DNA of 64,000 nt, from the NCBI RefSeq assembly GCF_009914755.1, contig NC_060933.1. The stretch is one strand, 5' to 3'. A program made the translations under genes and the position numbers. Below, one piece after another: positions 26,590-42,000 of this stretch. The first letter of the stretch is position 1. Each line of letters opens with the position of its first letter. The notes under the pieces were generated by a model. That model ran no database searches. It had not been told where the DNA came from and worked only from the letters and a program-made list of their open reading frames with translations. Source of the stretch: the human T2T-CHM13v2.0 reference genome, Homo sapiens.

Positions 26590-29500
26590 CATTCTCAGAA
26601 ACTTGTTTGTGATGTGTGTATTCAACTAACAGAGATGAACCTTTCTTTTTACAGAGCAGTTTTGAAACACTCTTTTTGTGGAATCTGAAAGTGGATATTT
26701 GGATAGCTTTGAGGATTTCGTTGGAAACGGGATTACATATAAAACCTAGAGAGAAGCATTCTCAGGAACTTCTTTGTGATGTTTGCCTTGAAGTCACAGG
26801 ACTGAACATTCCCTTTCATAGAGCAGGTTTGAAACACTCTTTCTGTAGTATCTGCAAGCTGACGTTTCAAGCGCTTTCAGGCCTATGGTGACAAAGGAAA
26901 TATCTTCAAGTAAAAACTAGACAGAAGCATTCTCAGAAACTTATTTCCCATATGTGTTCTCAACTAACAGAGTTGAACCTTTGTTTTGATACGGCATTTT
27001 GGAAACACTCTTTTTGTAGAATCTGCAGGTGGATATTCGGATAGCTTTGAAGGTTTCGTTGGAAACGGGAATATCTTCATATAAAATCTAGACGGAAGCA
27101 TTCTCAGAAAGTGCTTTGTGATGTTTTCATTCAAGTCACAGAGTAGAATGTTCCCTGTTATATACCAGGTTTGAGACACTCTTTCTGCACTACCTGGAAG
27201 TGGACGTTTGGAGCGCTTTGAGGCCTATGTTGAAAAAGGAAATATCTTCCCATAAAAACTAGACAGAAGCATTCTCAGAAACTTGTTTGTGATGTGTGTA
27301 TTCAACTAACAGAGATGAACCTTTCTTTTTACAGAGCAGTTTTGAAACACTCTTTTTGTGGAATCTGAAAGTGGATATTTGGATAGCTTTGAGGATTTCG
27401 TTGGAAACGGGATTACATATAAAACCTAGAGAGAAGCATTCTCAGGAACTTCTTTGTGATGTTTGCATTCAAGTCACAGAACTGAACATTCCCTTTCATA
27501 GAGCAGGTTTGAAACACTCTTTCTGTAGTATCTGCAAGCTGACGTTTCAAGCGCTTTCAGGCCTATGGTGACAAAGGAAATATCTTCAAGTAAAAACTAG
27601 ACAGAAGCATTCTCAGAAACTTATTTGCGATGTGTGTTCTCAACTAACAGAGTTGAACCTTTGTTTTGATATGGCATTTTGGAAACACTCTTTTTGTAGA
27701 ATCTGCAGGTGGATATTCGGATAGCTTTGAAGGTTTCGTTGGAAACGGGAATATCTTCATATAAAATCTAGACGGAAGCATTCTCAGAAACTGCTTTGTG
27801 ATGTTTTCATTCAAGTCACAGACTAGAATGTTCCCTGTTATATACCAGGTTTGAGACACTCTTTCTGCACTACCTGGAAGTGGACATTTGCAGCGCTTTG
27901 AGGCCTATGATGAAAAAGGAAATATCTTCCCATAAAAACTAGACAGAAGCATTCTCAGAAACTTGTTTGTGATGTGTGTATTCAACTAACAGAGATGAAC
28001 CTTTCTTTTTACAGAGCAGTTTTGAAACACTCTTTTTGTGGAATCTGAAAGTGGATATTTGGATAGCTTTGAGGATTTCGTTGGAAACGGGATTACATAT
28101 AAAATCTAGAGAGAAGCATTCTCAGGAACTTCTTTGTGATGTTTGCATTCACGTCACAGAACTGAACATTCCCTTTCATAGAGCATGTTTGAAACACTCT
28201 TTCTGTAGTATCTGCAAACGGACATTTCAAACGCTTTCAGGCCTATGGTGAGAAAGGAAATATCTTCAAATAAAAACTAGACAGAAGCGTTCTCAGAAAC
28301 TTATTTGCGATGTGTGTCCTCAACTAACAGAGTTGAACCTTTCTTTTGATACAACATTTTGGAAACACTCTTTTTGTAGAATCTGCAAGTGGATATTTGA
28401 ATAGCTTTGAAGGTTTCGTTGGAAACGGGAATATCTTCATATAAAATCAAGACAGAAGCATTCTCAAAAACTTCTCTGTGATGTTTGCATTCAACTCATA
28501 GAGTTGAACACTTCCCTTCATACAGCAGGCTTGAAACACTCTTTTTGTAATATTTGGAAGTGGGCATTTGCAGCGCTTTGAGGCCTATGATGAAAAAGGT
28601 AATATCTTCCCATAAAAACTAGACAGAAGCATTCTCAGAAACTTGTTTGTGATGTGTGTATTCAACTAACAGAGATGAACCTTTCTTTTTACAGAGCAGT
28701 TTTGAAACACTCTTTTTGTGGAATCTGAAAGTGGATATTTGGATAGCTTTGCGGATTTCGTTGGAAACGGGATTACATATAAAATCTAGGGAGAAGCATT
28801 CTCAGGAACTTCTTTGTGATGTTTGCATTCAAGTCACAGAACTGAACATTCCCTTTCATAGAGCAGGTTTGAAACACTCTTTCTGTAGTATCTGCAAGCG
28901 GACGTTTTAAGCGCTTTCAGGCCTGTGGTGAGAAAGGAAATATCTTCAAATAAAAACTAGACAGAAGCATTCTCAGAAACTTATTTGCGATGTGTGTCCT
29001 CAACTAACAGAGTTGAACCTTTCTTTTGATACAACATTTTGGAAACACTCTTTTTGTAGAATCTGCAAGTGGATATTTGGATAGCTTTGAAGGTTTCGTT
29101 GGAAACGGGAATATCATCATATGAAATCAAGACAGAAGCATTCTCAGAAACTTCTCTGTGATGTTTGCATTCAACTCATAGAGTTGAACACTTCCCTTCA
29201 TACAGCAGGTTTGAAACACTCTTTTTCTAATATTTGGAAGTGGACATTTGCAGCGCTTTGAGGCCTATGTTGAAAAAGGAAATATCTTCTCCTAAAAACC
29301 AGACAGAAGCATTCTCAGAAACTTCCTTGTGATGTGTGTACTCAAGTAACAGAGTTGAACCTTCCTTTTGACAGAGCAGTTTTGAAGCACTCTTTTTGTA
29401 GAATCTGCAAGTGGATATTTTGATACCTTTGAGGATTTCGTTGGACACGGGATATCTTCATATAAAATCTAGACAGAAGCATTCTCAGAAACTTCTTTGT

Positions 29501-32500
29501 GCTGTATGTCCTCAATTAACAGAGTTGAACCTTTGTGTGGATACAGCATTTTGGAAACATTCCTTTAGTAGAATCTGCAAGTTGATATTTAGATAGCTAG
29601 GAAGATTTCCTTGGAAACGGGAATATCTTCATATAAAATCTAGACGGAAGCATTCTCAGAAAGTGCTTTGTGATGTTTGCATTCAAGTCACAGAGTTGAA
29701 TATTCCCTTTTATAGAGCAGGTTTGAAACACTCTTTCTGCACTACCTGGAAGTGGACATTTGGAGCGCTTTGAGGCCTATGTTGAAAAAGGAAATATCTT
29801 CCCATAAAAACTAGACAGAAGCATTCTCAGAAACTTGTTTGTGATGTGTGTATTCAACTAACAGAGATGAACCTTTCTTTTTACAGAGCAGTTTTGAAAC
29901 ACTCTTTTTGTGGAATCTGAAAGTGGATATTTGGATAGCTTTGAGGATTTCGTTGGAAACGGGATTACATATAAAACCTAGAGAGAAGCATTCTCAGGAA
30001 CTTCTTTGTGATGTTTGCCTTCAAGTCACAGGACTGAACATTCCCTTTCATAGAGCAGGTTTGAAACACTCTTTCTGTAGTATCTGCAAGCTGACGTTTC
30101 AAGCGCTTTCAGGCCTATGGTGAGAAAGGAAATATCTTCAAGTAAAAACTAGACAGAAGCATTCTCAGAAACTTATTTGCCATGTGTGTTCTCAACTAAC
30201 AGAGTTGAACCTTTGTTTTGATACGGCATTTTGGAAACACTCTTTTTGTAGAATCTGCAGGTGGATATTCGGATAGCTTTGAACGTTTCGTTGGAAACGG
30301 GAATATCTTCATATAAAATCTAGACGGAAGCATTCTCAGAAACTGCTTTGTGATGTTTTCATTCAAGTCACAGAGTAGAATGTTCCCTGTTATATACCAG
30401 GTTTGAGACACTCTTTCTGCACTACCTGGAAGTGGACGTTTGGAGCGCTTTGAGGCCTATGTTGAAAAAGGAAATATCTTCCCATAAAAACTAGACAGAA
30501 GCATTCTCAGAAACTTGTTTGTGATGTGTGTATTCAACTAACAGAGATGAACCTTTCTTTTTACAGAGCAGTTTTGAAACACTCTTTTTGTGGAATCTGA
30601 AAGTGGATATTTGGATAGCTTTGAGGATTTCGTTGGAAACGGGATTACATATAAAACCTAGAGAGAAGCATTCTCAGGAACTTCTTTGTGATGTTTGCAT
30701 TCAAGTCACAGAACTGAACATTCCCTTTCATAGAGCAGGTTTGAAACACTCTTTCTGTAGTATCTGCAAGCTGACGTTTCAAGCGCTTTCAGGCCTATGG
30801 TGACAAAGGAAATATCTTCAAGTAAAAACTAGACAGAAGCATTCTCAGAAACTTATTTGCGATGTGTGTTCTCAACTAACAGAGTTGAACCTTTGTTTTG
30901 ATATGGCATTTTGGAAACATTCTTTTTGTAGAATCTGCAGGTGGATATTCGGATAGCTTTGAAGGTTTCGTTGGAAACGGGAATATCTTCATATAAAATC
31001 TAGACGGAAGCATTCTCAGAAACTGCTTTGTGATGTTTTCATTCAAGTCACAGAGTAGAATGTTCCCTGTTATATACCAGGTTTGAGACACTCTTTCTGC
31101 ACTACCTGGAAGTGGACATTTGCAGCGCTTTGAGGCCTATGATGAAAAAGGAAATATCTTCCCATAAAAACTAGACAGAAGCATTCTCAGAAACTTGTTT
31201 GTGATGTGTGTATTCAACTAACAGAGATGAACCTTTCTTTTTACAGAGCAGTTTTGAAACACTCTTTTTGTGGAATCTGAAAGTGGATATTTGGATAGCT
31301 TTGAGGATTTCGTTGGAAACGGGATTACATATAAAATCTAGAGAGAAGCATTCTCAGGAACTTCTTTGTGATGTTTGCATTCACGTCACAGAACTGAACA
31401 TTCCCTTTCATAGAGCATGTTTGAAACACTCTTTCTGTAGTATCTGCAAACGGACATTTCAAACGCTTTCAGGCCTATGGTGAGAAAGGAAATATCTTCA
31501 AATGAAAACTAGACAGAAGCATTCTCAGAAACTTATTTGCGATGTGTGTCCTCAACTAACAGAGTTGAACCTTTCTTTTGATACAACATTTTGGAAACAC
31601 TCTTTTTGTAGGATCTGCAAGTGGATATTTGAATAGCTTTGAAGGTTTCGTTGGAAACGGGAATATCTTCATATAAAATCAAGACAGAAGCATTCTCAGA
31701 AACTTCTCTGTGATGTTTGCATTCAACTCATAGAGTTGAACGCTTCCCTTCATACAGCAGGTTTGAAACACTCTTTTTGTAATATTTGGAAGTGGACATT
31801 TGCAGCGCTTTGAGGCCTATGATAAAAAAGGTAATATCTTCCCATAAAAACTAGACAGAAGCATTCTCAGAAACTTGTTTGTGATGTGTCTATTCAACTA
31901 ACAGAGATGAACCTTTCTTTTTACAGAGCAGTTTTGAAACACTCTTTTTGTGGAATCTGAAAGTGGATATTTGGATAGCTTTGCGGATTTCGTTGGAAAC
32001 GGGATTACATATAAAATCTAGGGAGAAGCATTCTCAGGAACTTCTTTGTGATGTTTGCATTCAAGTCACAGAACTGAACATTCCCTTTCATAGAGCAGGT
32101 TTGAAACACTCTTTCTGTAGTATCTGCAAGCGGACGTTTTAAGCGCTTTCAGGCCTGTGGTGAGAAAGGAAATATCTTCAAATAAAAACTAGACAGAAGC
32201 ATTCTCAGAAACTTATTTGCGATGTGTGTCCTCAACTAACAGAGTTGAACCTTTCTTTTGATACAACATTTTGGAAACACTCTTTTTGTAGAATCTGCAA
32301 GTGGATATTTGGATAGCTTTGAAGGTTTCGTTGGAAACGGGAATATCTTCATATGAAATCAAGACAGAAGCATTCTCAGAAACTTCTCTGTGATGTTTGC
32401 ATTCAACTCATAGAGTTGAACACTTCCCTTCATACAGCAGGTTTGAAACACTCTTTTTGTAATATTTGGAAGTGGACATTTGCAGCGCTTTGAGGCCTAT

Positions 32501-33053
32501 GTTGAAAAAGGAAATATCTTCTCCTAAAAACCAGACAGAAGCATTCTCAGAAACTTCCTTGTGATGTGTGTACTCAAGTAACAGAGTTGAACCTTCCTTT
32601 TGACAGAGCAGTTTTGAAGCACTCTTTTTGTAGAATCTGCAAGTGGATATTTTGATACCTTTGAGGATTTCGTTGGACACGGGATATCTTCATATAAAAT
32701 CTAGACAGAAGCATTCTCAGAAACTTCTTTGTGCTGTATGTCCTCAATTAACAGAGTTGAACCTTTGTGTGGATACAGCATTTTGGAAACATTCCTTTAG
32801 TAGAATCTGCAAGTTGATATTTAGATAGCTAGGAAGATTTCCTTGGAAACGGGAATAACTTCATATAAAATCTAGACGGAAGCATTCTCAGAAAGTGCTT
32901 TGTGATGTTTGCATTCAAGTCACAGAGTTGAATATTCCCTTTTATAGAGCAGGTTTGAAACACTCTTTCTGCACTACCTGGAAGTGGACATTTGGAGCGC
33001 TTTGAGGCCTATGTTGAAAAAGGAAATATCTTCCCATAAAAACTAGACAGAAG
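26590..33053 (+). repeat. Two tandem 19-mer HORs (3232 bp each)
   Basis: Unit starts are 26590 and 29822; trimer markers 29411 and 32643 are 3232 apart. Confidence 0.94.
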
Positions 33054-36000
33054 CATTCTCAGAAACTTGTTTGTGATGTGTGTATTCAACTAACAGAGAT
33101 GAACCTTTCTTTTTACAGAGCAGTTTTGAAACACTCTTTTTGTGGAATCTGAAAGTGGATATTTGGATAGCTTTGAGGATTTCGTTGGAAACGGGATTAC
33201 ATATAAAACCTAGAGAGAAGCATTCTCAGGAACTTCTTTGTGATGTTTGCCTTCAAGTCACAGGACTGAACATTCCCTTTCATAGAGCAGGTTTGAAACA
33301 CTCTTTCTGTAGTATCTGCAAGCTGACGTTTCAAGCGCTTTCAGGCCTATGGTGAGAAAGGAAATATCTTCAAGTAAAAACTAGACAGAAGCATTCTCAG
33401 AAACTTATTTGCCATGTGTGTTCTCAACTAACAGAGTTGAACCTTTGTTTTGATACGGCATTTTGGAAACACTCTTTTTGTAGAATCTGCAGGTGGATAT
33501 TCGGATAGCTTTGAAGGTTTCGTTGGAAACGGGAATATCTTCATATAAAATCTAGACGGAAGCATTCTCAGAAACTGCTTTGTGATGTTTTCATTCAAGT
33601 CACAGAGTAGAATCTTCCCTGTTATATACCAGGTTTCAGACACTCTTTCTGCACTACCTGGAAGTGGACATTTGCAGCGCTTTGAGGCCTATGATGAAAA
33701 AGGAAATATCTTCCCATAAAAACTAGACAGAAGCATTCTCAGAAACTTGTTTGTGATGTGTGTATTCAACTAACAGAGATGAACCTTTCTTTTTACAGAG
33801 CAGTTTTGAAACACTCTTTTTGTGGAATCTGAAAGTGGATATTTGGATAGCTTTGAGGATTTCGTTGGAAACGGGATTACATATAAAATCTAGAGAGAAG
33901 CATTCTCAGGAACTTCTTTGTGATGTTTGCATTCACGTCACAGAACTGAACATTCCCTTTCATAGAGCATGTTTGAAACACTCTTTCTGTAGTATCTGCA
34001 AACGGACATTTCAAACGCTTTCAGGCCTATGGTGAGAAAGGAAATATCTTCAAATAAAAACTAGACAGAAGCATTCTCAGAAACTTATTTGCGATGTGTG
34101 TCCTCAACTAACAGAGTTGAACCTTTCTTTTGATACAACATTTTGGAAACACTCTTTTTGTGGAATCTGCAAGTGGATATTTGGATAGCTTTGAAGATTT
34201 CGTTGGAAACGGGAATATCTTCATATAAAATCAAGACAGAAGCATTCTCAGAAACTTCTCTGTGATGTTTGCATTCAACTCATAGAGTTGAACACTTCCC
34301 TTCATACAGCAGGTTTGAAACACTCTTTTTGTAATATTTGGAAGTGGACATTTGCAGCGCTTTGATGCCTATGATGAAAAAGGTAATATCTTCCCATAAA
34401 AACTAGACAGAAGCATTCTCAGAAACTTGTTTGTGATGTGTGTATTCAACTAACAGAGATGAACCTTTCTTTTTACAGAGCAGTTTTGAAACACTCTTTT
34501 TGTGGAATCTGAAAGTGGATATTTGGATAGCTTTGCGGATTTCGTTGGAAACGGGATTACATATAAAATCTAGGGAGAAGCATTCTCAGGAACTTCTTTG
34601 TGATGTTTGCATTCAAGTCACAGAACTGAACATTCCCTTTCATAGAGCAGGTTTGAAACACTCTTTCTGTAGTATCTGCAAGCGGACGTTTTAAGCGCTT
34701 TCAGGCCTGTGGTGAGAAAGGAAATATCTTCAAATAAAAACTAGACAGAAGCATTCTCAGAAACTTATTTGCGATGTGTGTCCTCAACTAACAGAGTTGA
34801 ACCTTTCTTTTGATACAACATTTTGGAAACACTCTTTTTGTAGAATCTGCAAGTGGATATTTGGATAGCTTTGAAGGTTTCGTTGGAAACGGGAATATCT
34901 TCATATGAAATCAAGACAGAAGCATTCTCAGAAACTTCTCTGTGATGTTTGCATTCAACTCATAGAGTTGAACACTTCCCTTCATACAGCAGGTTTGAAA
35001 CACTCTTTTTCTAATATTTGGAAGTGGACATTTGCAGCGCTTTGAGGCCTATGTTGAAAAAGGAAATATCTTCTCCTAAAAACCAGACAGAAGCATTCTC
35101 AGAAACTTCCTTGTGATGTGTGTACTCAAGTAACAGAGTTGAACCTTCCTTTTGACAGAGCAGTTTTGAAGCACTCTTTTTGTAGAATCTGCAAGTGGAT
35201 ATTTTGATACCTTTGAGGATTTCGTTGGACACGGGATATCTTCATATAAAATCTAGACAGAAGCATTCTCAGAAACTTCTTTGTGCTGTATGTCCTCAAT
35301 TAACAGAGTTGAACCTTTGTGTGGATACAGCATTTTGGAAACATTCCTTTAGTAGAATCTGCAAGTTGATATTTAGATAGCTAGGAAGATTTCCTTGGAA
35401 ACGGGAATATCTTCATATAAAATCTAGACGGAAGCATTCTCAGAAAGTGCTTTGTGATGTTTGCATTCAAGTCACAGAGTTGAATATTCCCTTTTATAGA
35501 GCAGGTTTGAAACACTCTTTCTGCACTACCTGGAAGTGGACATTTGGAGGGCTTTGAGGCCTATGTTGAAAAACGAAATATCTTCCCATAAAAACTAGAC
35601 AGAAGCATTCTCAGAAACTTGTTTGTGATGTGTGTATTCAACTAACAGAGATGAACCTTTCTTTTTACAGAGCAGTTTTGAAACACTCTTTTTGTGGAAT
35701 CTGAAAGTGGATATTTGGATAGCTTTGAGGATTTCGTTGGAAACGGGATTACATATAAAACCTAGAGAGAAGCATTCTCAGGAACTTCTTTGTGATGTTT
35801 GCCTTCTAGTCACAGGACTGAACATTCCCTTTCATAGAGCAGGTTTGAAACACTCTTTCTGTAGTATCTGCAAGCTGACGTTTCAAGCGCTTTCAGGCCT
35901 ATGGTGAGAAAGGAAATATCTTCAAGTAAAAACTAGACAGAAGCATTCTCAGAAACTTATTTGCCATGTGTGTTCTCAACTAACAGAGTTGAACCTTTGT

Positions 36001-39000
36001 TTTGATACGGCATTTTGGAAACACTCTTTTTGTAGAATCTGCAGGTGGATATTCGGATAGCTTTGAAGGTTTCGTTGGAAACGGGAATATCTTCATATAA
36101 AATCTAGACGGAAGCATTCTCAGAAACTGCTTTGTGATGTTTTCATTCAAGTCACAGAGTAGAATCTTCCCTGTTATATACCAGGGTTCAGACACTCTTT
36201 CTGCACTACCTGGAAGTGGACATTTGCAGCGCTTTGAGGCCTATGATGAAAAAGGAAATATCTTCCCATAAAAACTAGACAGAAGCATTCTCAGAAACTT
36301 GTTTGTGATGTGTGTATTCAACTAACAGAGATGAACCTTTCTTTTTACAGAGCAGTTTTGAAACACTCTTTTTGTGGAATCTGAAAGTGGATATTTGGAT
36401 AGCTTTGAGGATTTCGTTGGAAACGGGATTACATATAAAATCTAGAGAGAAGCATTCTCAGGAACTTCTTTGTGATGTTTGCATTCACGTCACAGAGCTG
36501 AACATTCCCTTTCATAGAGCATGTTTGAAACACTCTTTCTGTAGTATCTGCAAACGGACATTTCAAACGCTTTCAGGCCTATGGTGAGAAAGGAAATATC
36601 TTCAAATAAAAACTACACAGAAGCATTCTCAGAAACTTATTTGCGATGTGTGTCCTCAACTAACAGAGTTGAACCTTTCTTTTGATACAACATTTTGGAA
36701 ACACTCTTTTTGTGGAATCTGCAAGTGGATATTTGTATAGCTTTGAAGATTTCGTTGGAAACGGGAATATCTTCATATAAAATCAAGACAGAAGCATTCT
36801 CAGAAACTTCTCTGTGATGTTTGCATTCAACTCATAGAGTTGAACACTTCCCTTCATACAGCAGGTTTGAAACACTCTTTTTGTAATATTTGGAAGTGGA
36901 CATTTGCAGCGCTTTGAGGCCTATGATGAAAAAGGTAATATCTTCCCATAAAAACTAGACAGAAGCATTCTCAGAAACTTGTTTGTGATGTGTGTATTCA
37001 ACTAACAGAGATGAACCTTTCTTTTTACAGAGCAGTTTTGAAACACTCTTTTTGTGGAATCTGAAAGTGGATATTTGGATAGCTTTGCGGATTTCGTTGG
37101 AAACGGGATTACATATAAAATCTAGGGAGAAGCATTCTCAGGAACTTCTTTGTGATGTTTGCATTCAAGTCACAGAACTGAACATTCCCTTTCATAGAGC
37201 AGGTTTGAAACACTCTTTCTGTAGTATCTGCAAGCGGACGTTTTAAGCGCTTTCAGGCCTGTGGTGAGAAAGGAAATATCTTCAAATAAAAACTAGACAG
37301 AAGCATTCTCAGAAACTTATTTGCGATGTGTGTCCTCAACTAACAGAGTTGAACCTTTCTTTTGATACAACATTTTGGAAACACTCTTTTTGTAGAATCT
37401 GCAAGTGGATATTTGGATAGCTTTGAAGGTTTCGTTGGAAACGGGAATATCTTCATATGAAATCAAGACAGAAGCATTCTCAGAAACTTCTCTGTGATGT
37501 TTGCATTCAACTCATAGAGTTGAACACTTCCCTTCATACAGCAGGTTTGAAACACTCTTTTTCTAATATTTGGAAGTGGACATTTGCAGCGCTTTGAGGC
37601 CTATGTTGAAAAAGGAAATATCTTCTCCTAAAAACCAGACAGAAGCATTCTCAGAAACTTCCTTGTGATGTGTGTACTCAAGTAACAGAGTTGAACCTTC
37701 CTTTTGACAGAGCAGTTTTGAAGCACTCTTTTTGTAGAATCTGCAAGTGGATATTTTGATACCTTTGAGGATTTCGTTGGACACGGGATATCTTCATATA
37801 AAATCTAGACAGAAGCATTCTCAGAAACTTCTTTGTGCTGTATGTCCTCAATTAACAGAGTTGAACCTTTGTGTGGATACAGCATTTTGGAAACATTCCT
37901 TTAGAAGAATCTGCAAGTTGATATTTAGATAGCTAGGAAGATTTCCTTGGAAACGGGAATATCTTCATATAAAATCTAGACGGAAGCATTCTCAGAAAGT
38001 GCTTTGTGATGTTTGCATTCAAGTCACAGAGTTGAATATTCCCTTTTATAGAGCAGGTTTGAAACACTCTTTCTGCACTACCTGGAAGTGGACATTTGGA
38101 GCGCTTTGAGGCCTATGTTGAAAAAGGAAATATCTTCCCATAAAAACTAGACAGAAGCATTCTCAGAAACTTGTTTGTGATGTGTGTATTCAACTAACAG
38201 AGATGAACCTTTCTTTTTACAGAGCAGTTTTGAAACACTCTTTTTGTGGAATCTGAAAGTGGATATTTGGATAGCTTTGAGGATTTCGTTGGAAACGGGA
38301 TTACATATAAAACCTAGAGAGAAGCATTCTCAGGAACTTCTTTGTGATGTTTGCCTTCAAGTCACAGGACTGAACATTCCCTTTCATAGAGCAGGTTTGA
38401 AACACTCTTTCTGTAGTATCTGCAAGCTGACGTTTCAAGCGCTTTCAGGCCTATGGTGAGAAAGGAAATATCTTCAAGTAAAAACTAGACAGAAGCATTC
38501 TCAGAAACTTATTTGCCATGTGTGTTCTCAACTAACAGAGTTGAACCTTTGTTTTGATACGGCATTTTGGAAACACTCTTTTTGTAGAAACTGCAGGTGG
38601 ATATTCGGATAGCTTTGAAGGTTTCGTTGGAAACGGGAATATCTTCATATAAAATCTAGACGGAAGCATTCTCAGAAACTGCTTTGTGATGTTTTCATTC
38701 AAGTCACAGAGTAGAATCTTCCCTGTTATATACCAGGTTTCAGACACTCTTTCTGCACTACCTGGAAGTGGACATTTGCAGTGCTTTGAGGCCTATGATG
38801 AAAAAGGAAATATCTTCCCATAAAAACTAGACAGAAGCATTCTCAGAAACTTGTTTGTGATGTGTGTATTCAACTAACAGAGATGAACCTTTCTTTTTAC
38901 AGAGCAGTTTTGAAACACTCTTTTTGTGGAATCTGAAAGTGGATATTTGGATAGCTTTGAGGATTTCGTTGGAAACGGGATTACATATAAAATCTAGAGA

Positions 39001-42000
39001 GAAGCATTCTCAGGAACTTCTTTGTGATGTTTGCATTCACGTCACAGAACTGAACATTCCCTTTCATAGAGCATGTTTGAAACACTCTTTCTGTAGTATC
39101 TGCAAACGGACATTTCAAACGCTTTCAGGCCTATGGTGAGAAAGGAAATATCTTCAAATAAAAACTAGACAGAAGCATTCTCAGAAACTTATTTGCGATG
39201 TGTGTCCTCAACTAACAGAGTTGAACCTTTCTTTTGATACAACATTTTGGAAACACTCTTTTTGTGGAATCTGCAAGTGGATATTTGGATAGCTTTGAAG
39301 ATTTCGTTGGAAACGGGAATATCTTCATATAAAATCAAGACAGAAGCATTCTCAGAAACTTCTCTGTGATGTTTGCATTCAACTCATAGAGTTGAACACT
39401 TCCCTTCATACAGCAGGTTTGAAACACTCTTTTTGTAATATTTGGAAGTGGACATTTGCAGCGCTTTGAGGCCTATGATGAAAAAGGTAATATCTTCCCA
39501 TAAAAACTAGACAGAAGCATTCTCAGAAACTTGTTTGTGATGTGTGTATTCAACTAACAGAGATGAACCTTTCTTTTTACAGAGCAGTTTTGAAACACTC
39601 TTTTTGTGGAATCTGAAAGTGGATATTTGGATAGCTTTGCGGATTTCGTTGGAAACGGGATTACATATAAAATCTAGGGAGAAGCATTATCAGGAACTTC
39701 TTTGTGATGTTTGCATTCAAGTCACAGAACTGAACATTCCCTTTCATAGAGCAGGTTTGAAACACTCTTTCTGTAGTATCTGCAAGCGGACGTTTTAAGC
39801 GCTTTCAGGCCTGTGGTGAGAAAAGAAATATCTTCAAATAAAAACTAGACAGAAGCATTCTCAGAAACTTATTTGCGATGTGTGTCCTCAACTAACAGAG
39901 TTGAACCTTTCTTTTGATACAACATTTTGGAAACACTCTTTTTGTAGAATCTGCAAGTGGATATTTGGATAGCTTTGAAGGTTTCGTTGGAAACGGGAAT
40001 ATCTTCATATGAAATCAAGACAGAAGCATTCTCAGAAACTTCTCTGTGATGTTTGCATTCAACTCATAGAGTTGAACACTTCCCTTCATACAGCAGGTTT
40101 GAAACACTCTTTTTGTAATATTTGGAAGTGGACATTTGCAGCGCTTTGAGGCCTATGTTGAAAAAGGAAATATCTTCTCCTAAAAACCAGACAGAAGCAT
40201 TCTCAGAAACTTCCTTCTGATGTGTGTACTCAAGTAACAGAGTTGAACCTTCCTTTTGACAGAGCAGTTTTGAAGCACTCTTTTTGTAGAATCTGCAAGT
40301 GGATATTTTGATACCTTTGAGGATTTCGTTGGACACGGGATATCTTCATATAAAATCTAGACAGAAGCATTCTCAGAAACTTCTTTGTGCTGTATGTCCT
40401 CAATTAACAGAGTTGAACCTTTGTGTGGATACAGCATTTTGGAAACATTCCTTTAGTAGAATCTGCAAGTTGATATTTAGATAGCTAGGAAGATTTCCTT
40501 GGAAACGGGAATATCTTCATATAAAATCTAGACGGAAGCATTCTCAGAAAGTGCTTTGTGATGTTTGCATTCAAGTCACAGAGTTGAATATTCCCTTTTA
40601 TAGAGCAGGTTTGAAACACTCTTTCTGCACTACCTGGAAGTGGACATTTGGAGCGCTTTGAGGCCTATGTTGAAAAAGGAAATATGTTCCCATAAAAACT
40701 GGACAGAAGCATTCTCAGAAACTTGTTTGTGATGTGTGTATTCAACTAACAGAGATGAACCTTTCTTTTTACAGAGCAGTTTTGAAACACTCTTTTTGTG
40801 GAATCTGAAAGTGGATATTTGGATAGCTTTGAGGATTTCGTTGGAAACGGGATTACATATAAAACCTAGAGAGAAGCATTCTCAGGAACTTCTTTGTGAT
40901 GTTTGCATTCAAGTCACAGGACTGAACATTCCCTTTCATAGAGCAGGTTTGAAACACTCTTTCTGTAGTATCTGCAAGCTGACGTTTCAAGCGCTTTCAG
41001 GCCTATGGTGAGAAAGGAAATATCTTCAAGTAAAAACTAGACAGAAGCATTCTCAGAAACTTATTTGCCATGTGTGTTCTCAACTAACAGAGTTGAACCT
41101 TTGTTTTGATACGGCATTTTGGAAACACTCTTTTTGTAGAATCTGCAGGTGGATATTCGGATAGCTTTGAAGGTTTCGTTGGAAACGGGAATATCTTCAT
41201 ATAAAATCTAGACGGAAGCATTCTCAGAAACTGCTTTGTGATGTTTTCATTCAAGTCACAGAGTAGAATGTTCCCTGTTATATACCAGGTTTGAGACACT
41301 CTTTCTGCACTACCTGGAAGTGGACGTTTGGAGCGCTTTGAGGCCTATGTTGAAAAAGGAAATATCTTCCCATAAAAACTAGACAGAAGCATTCTCAGAA
41401 ACTTGTTTGTGATGTGTGTATTCAACTAACAGGGATGAACCTTTCTTATTACAGAGCAGTTTTGAAACACTCTTTTTGTGGAATCTGAAAGTGGATATTT
41501 GGATAGCTTTGAGGATTTCGTTGGAAACGGGATTACATATAAAACCTAGAGAGAAGCATTCTCAGGAACTTCTTTGTGATGTTTGCATTCAAGTCACAGA
41601 ACTGAACATTCCCTTTCATAGAGCATGTTTGAAACACTCTTTCTGTAGTATCTGCAAACGGACATTTGAAACGCTTTCAGGCCTATGGTGAGAAAGGAAA
41701 TATCTTCAAATAAAAACTAGACAGAAGCATTCTCAGAAACTTGTTTGCGATGTGTTTCCTCAACTAACAGAGTTGAACCTTTCTTTTGATACAACATTTT
41801 GGAAACACTCTTTTTGTAGAATCTGCAAGTGGATATTTGGATAGCTTTGAAGGTTTCTTTGGAAACGGGAATATCTTCATATAAAATCAAGACAGAAGCA
41901 TTCTCAGAAACTTCTCTGTGATGTTTGCATTCAACTCATAGAGTTGAACACTTCCCTTCATACAGCAGGTTTGAAACACTCTTTTTGTAATATTTGGAAG

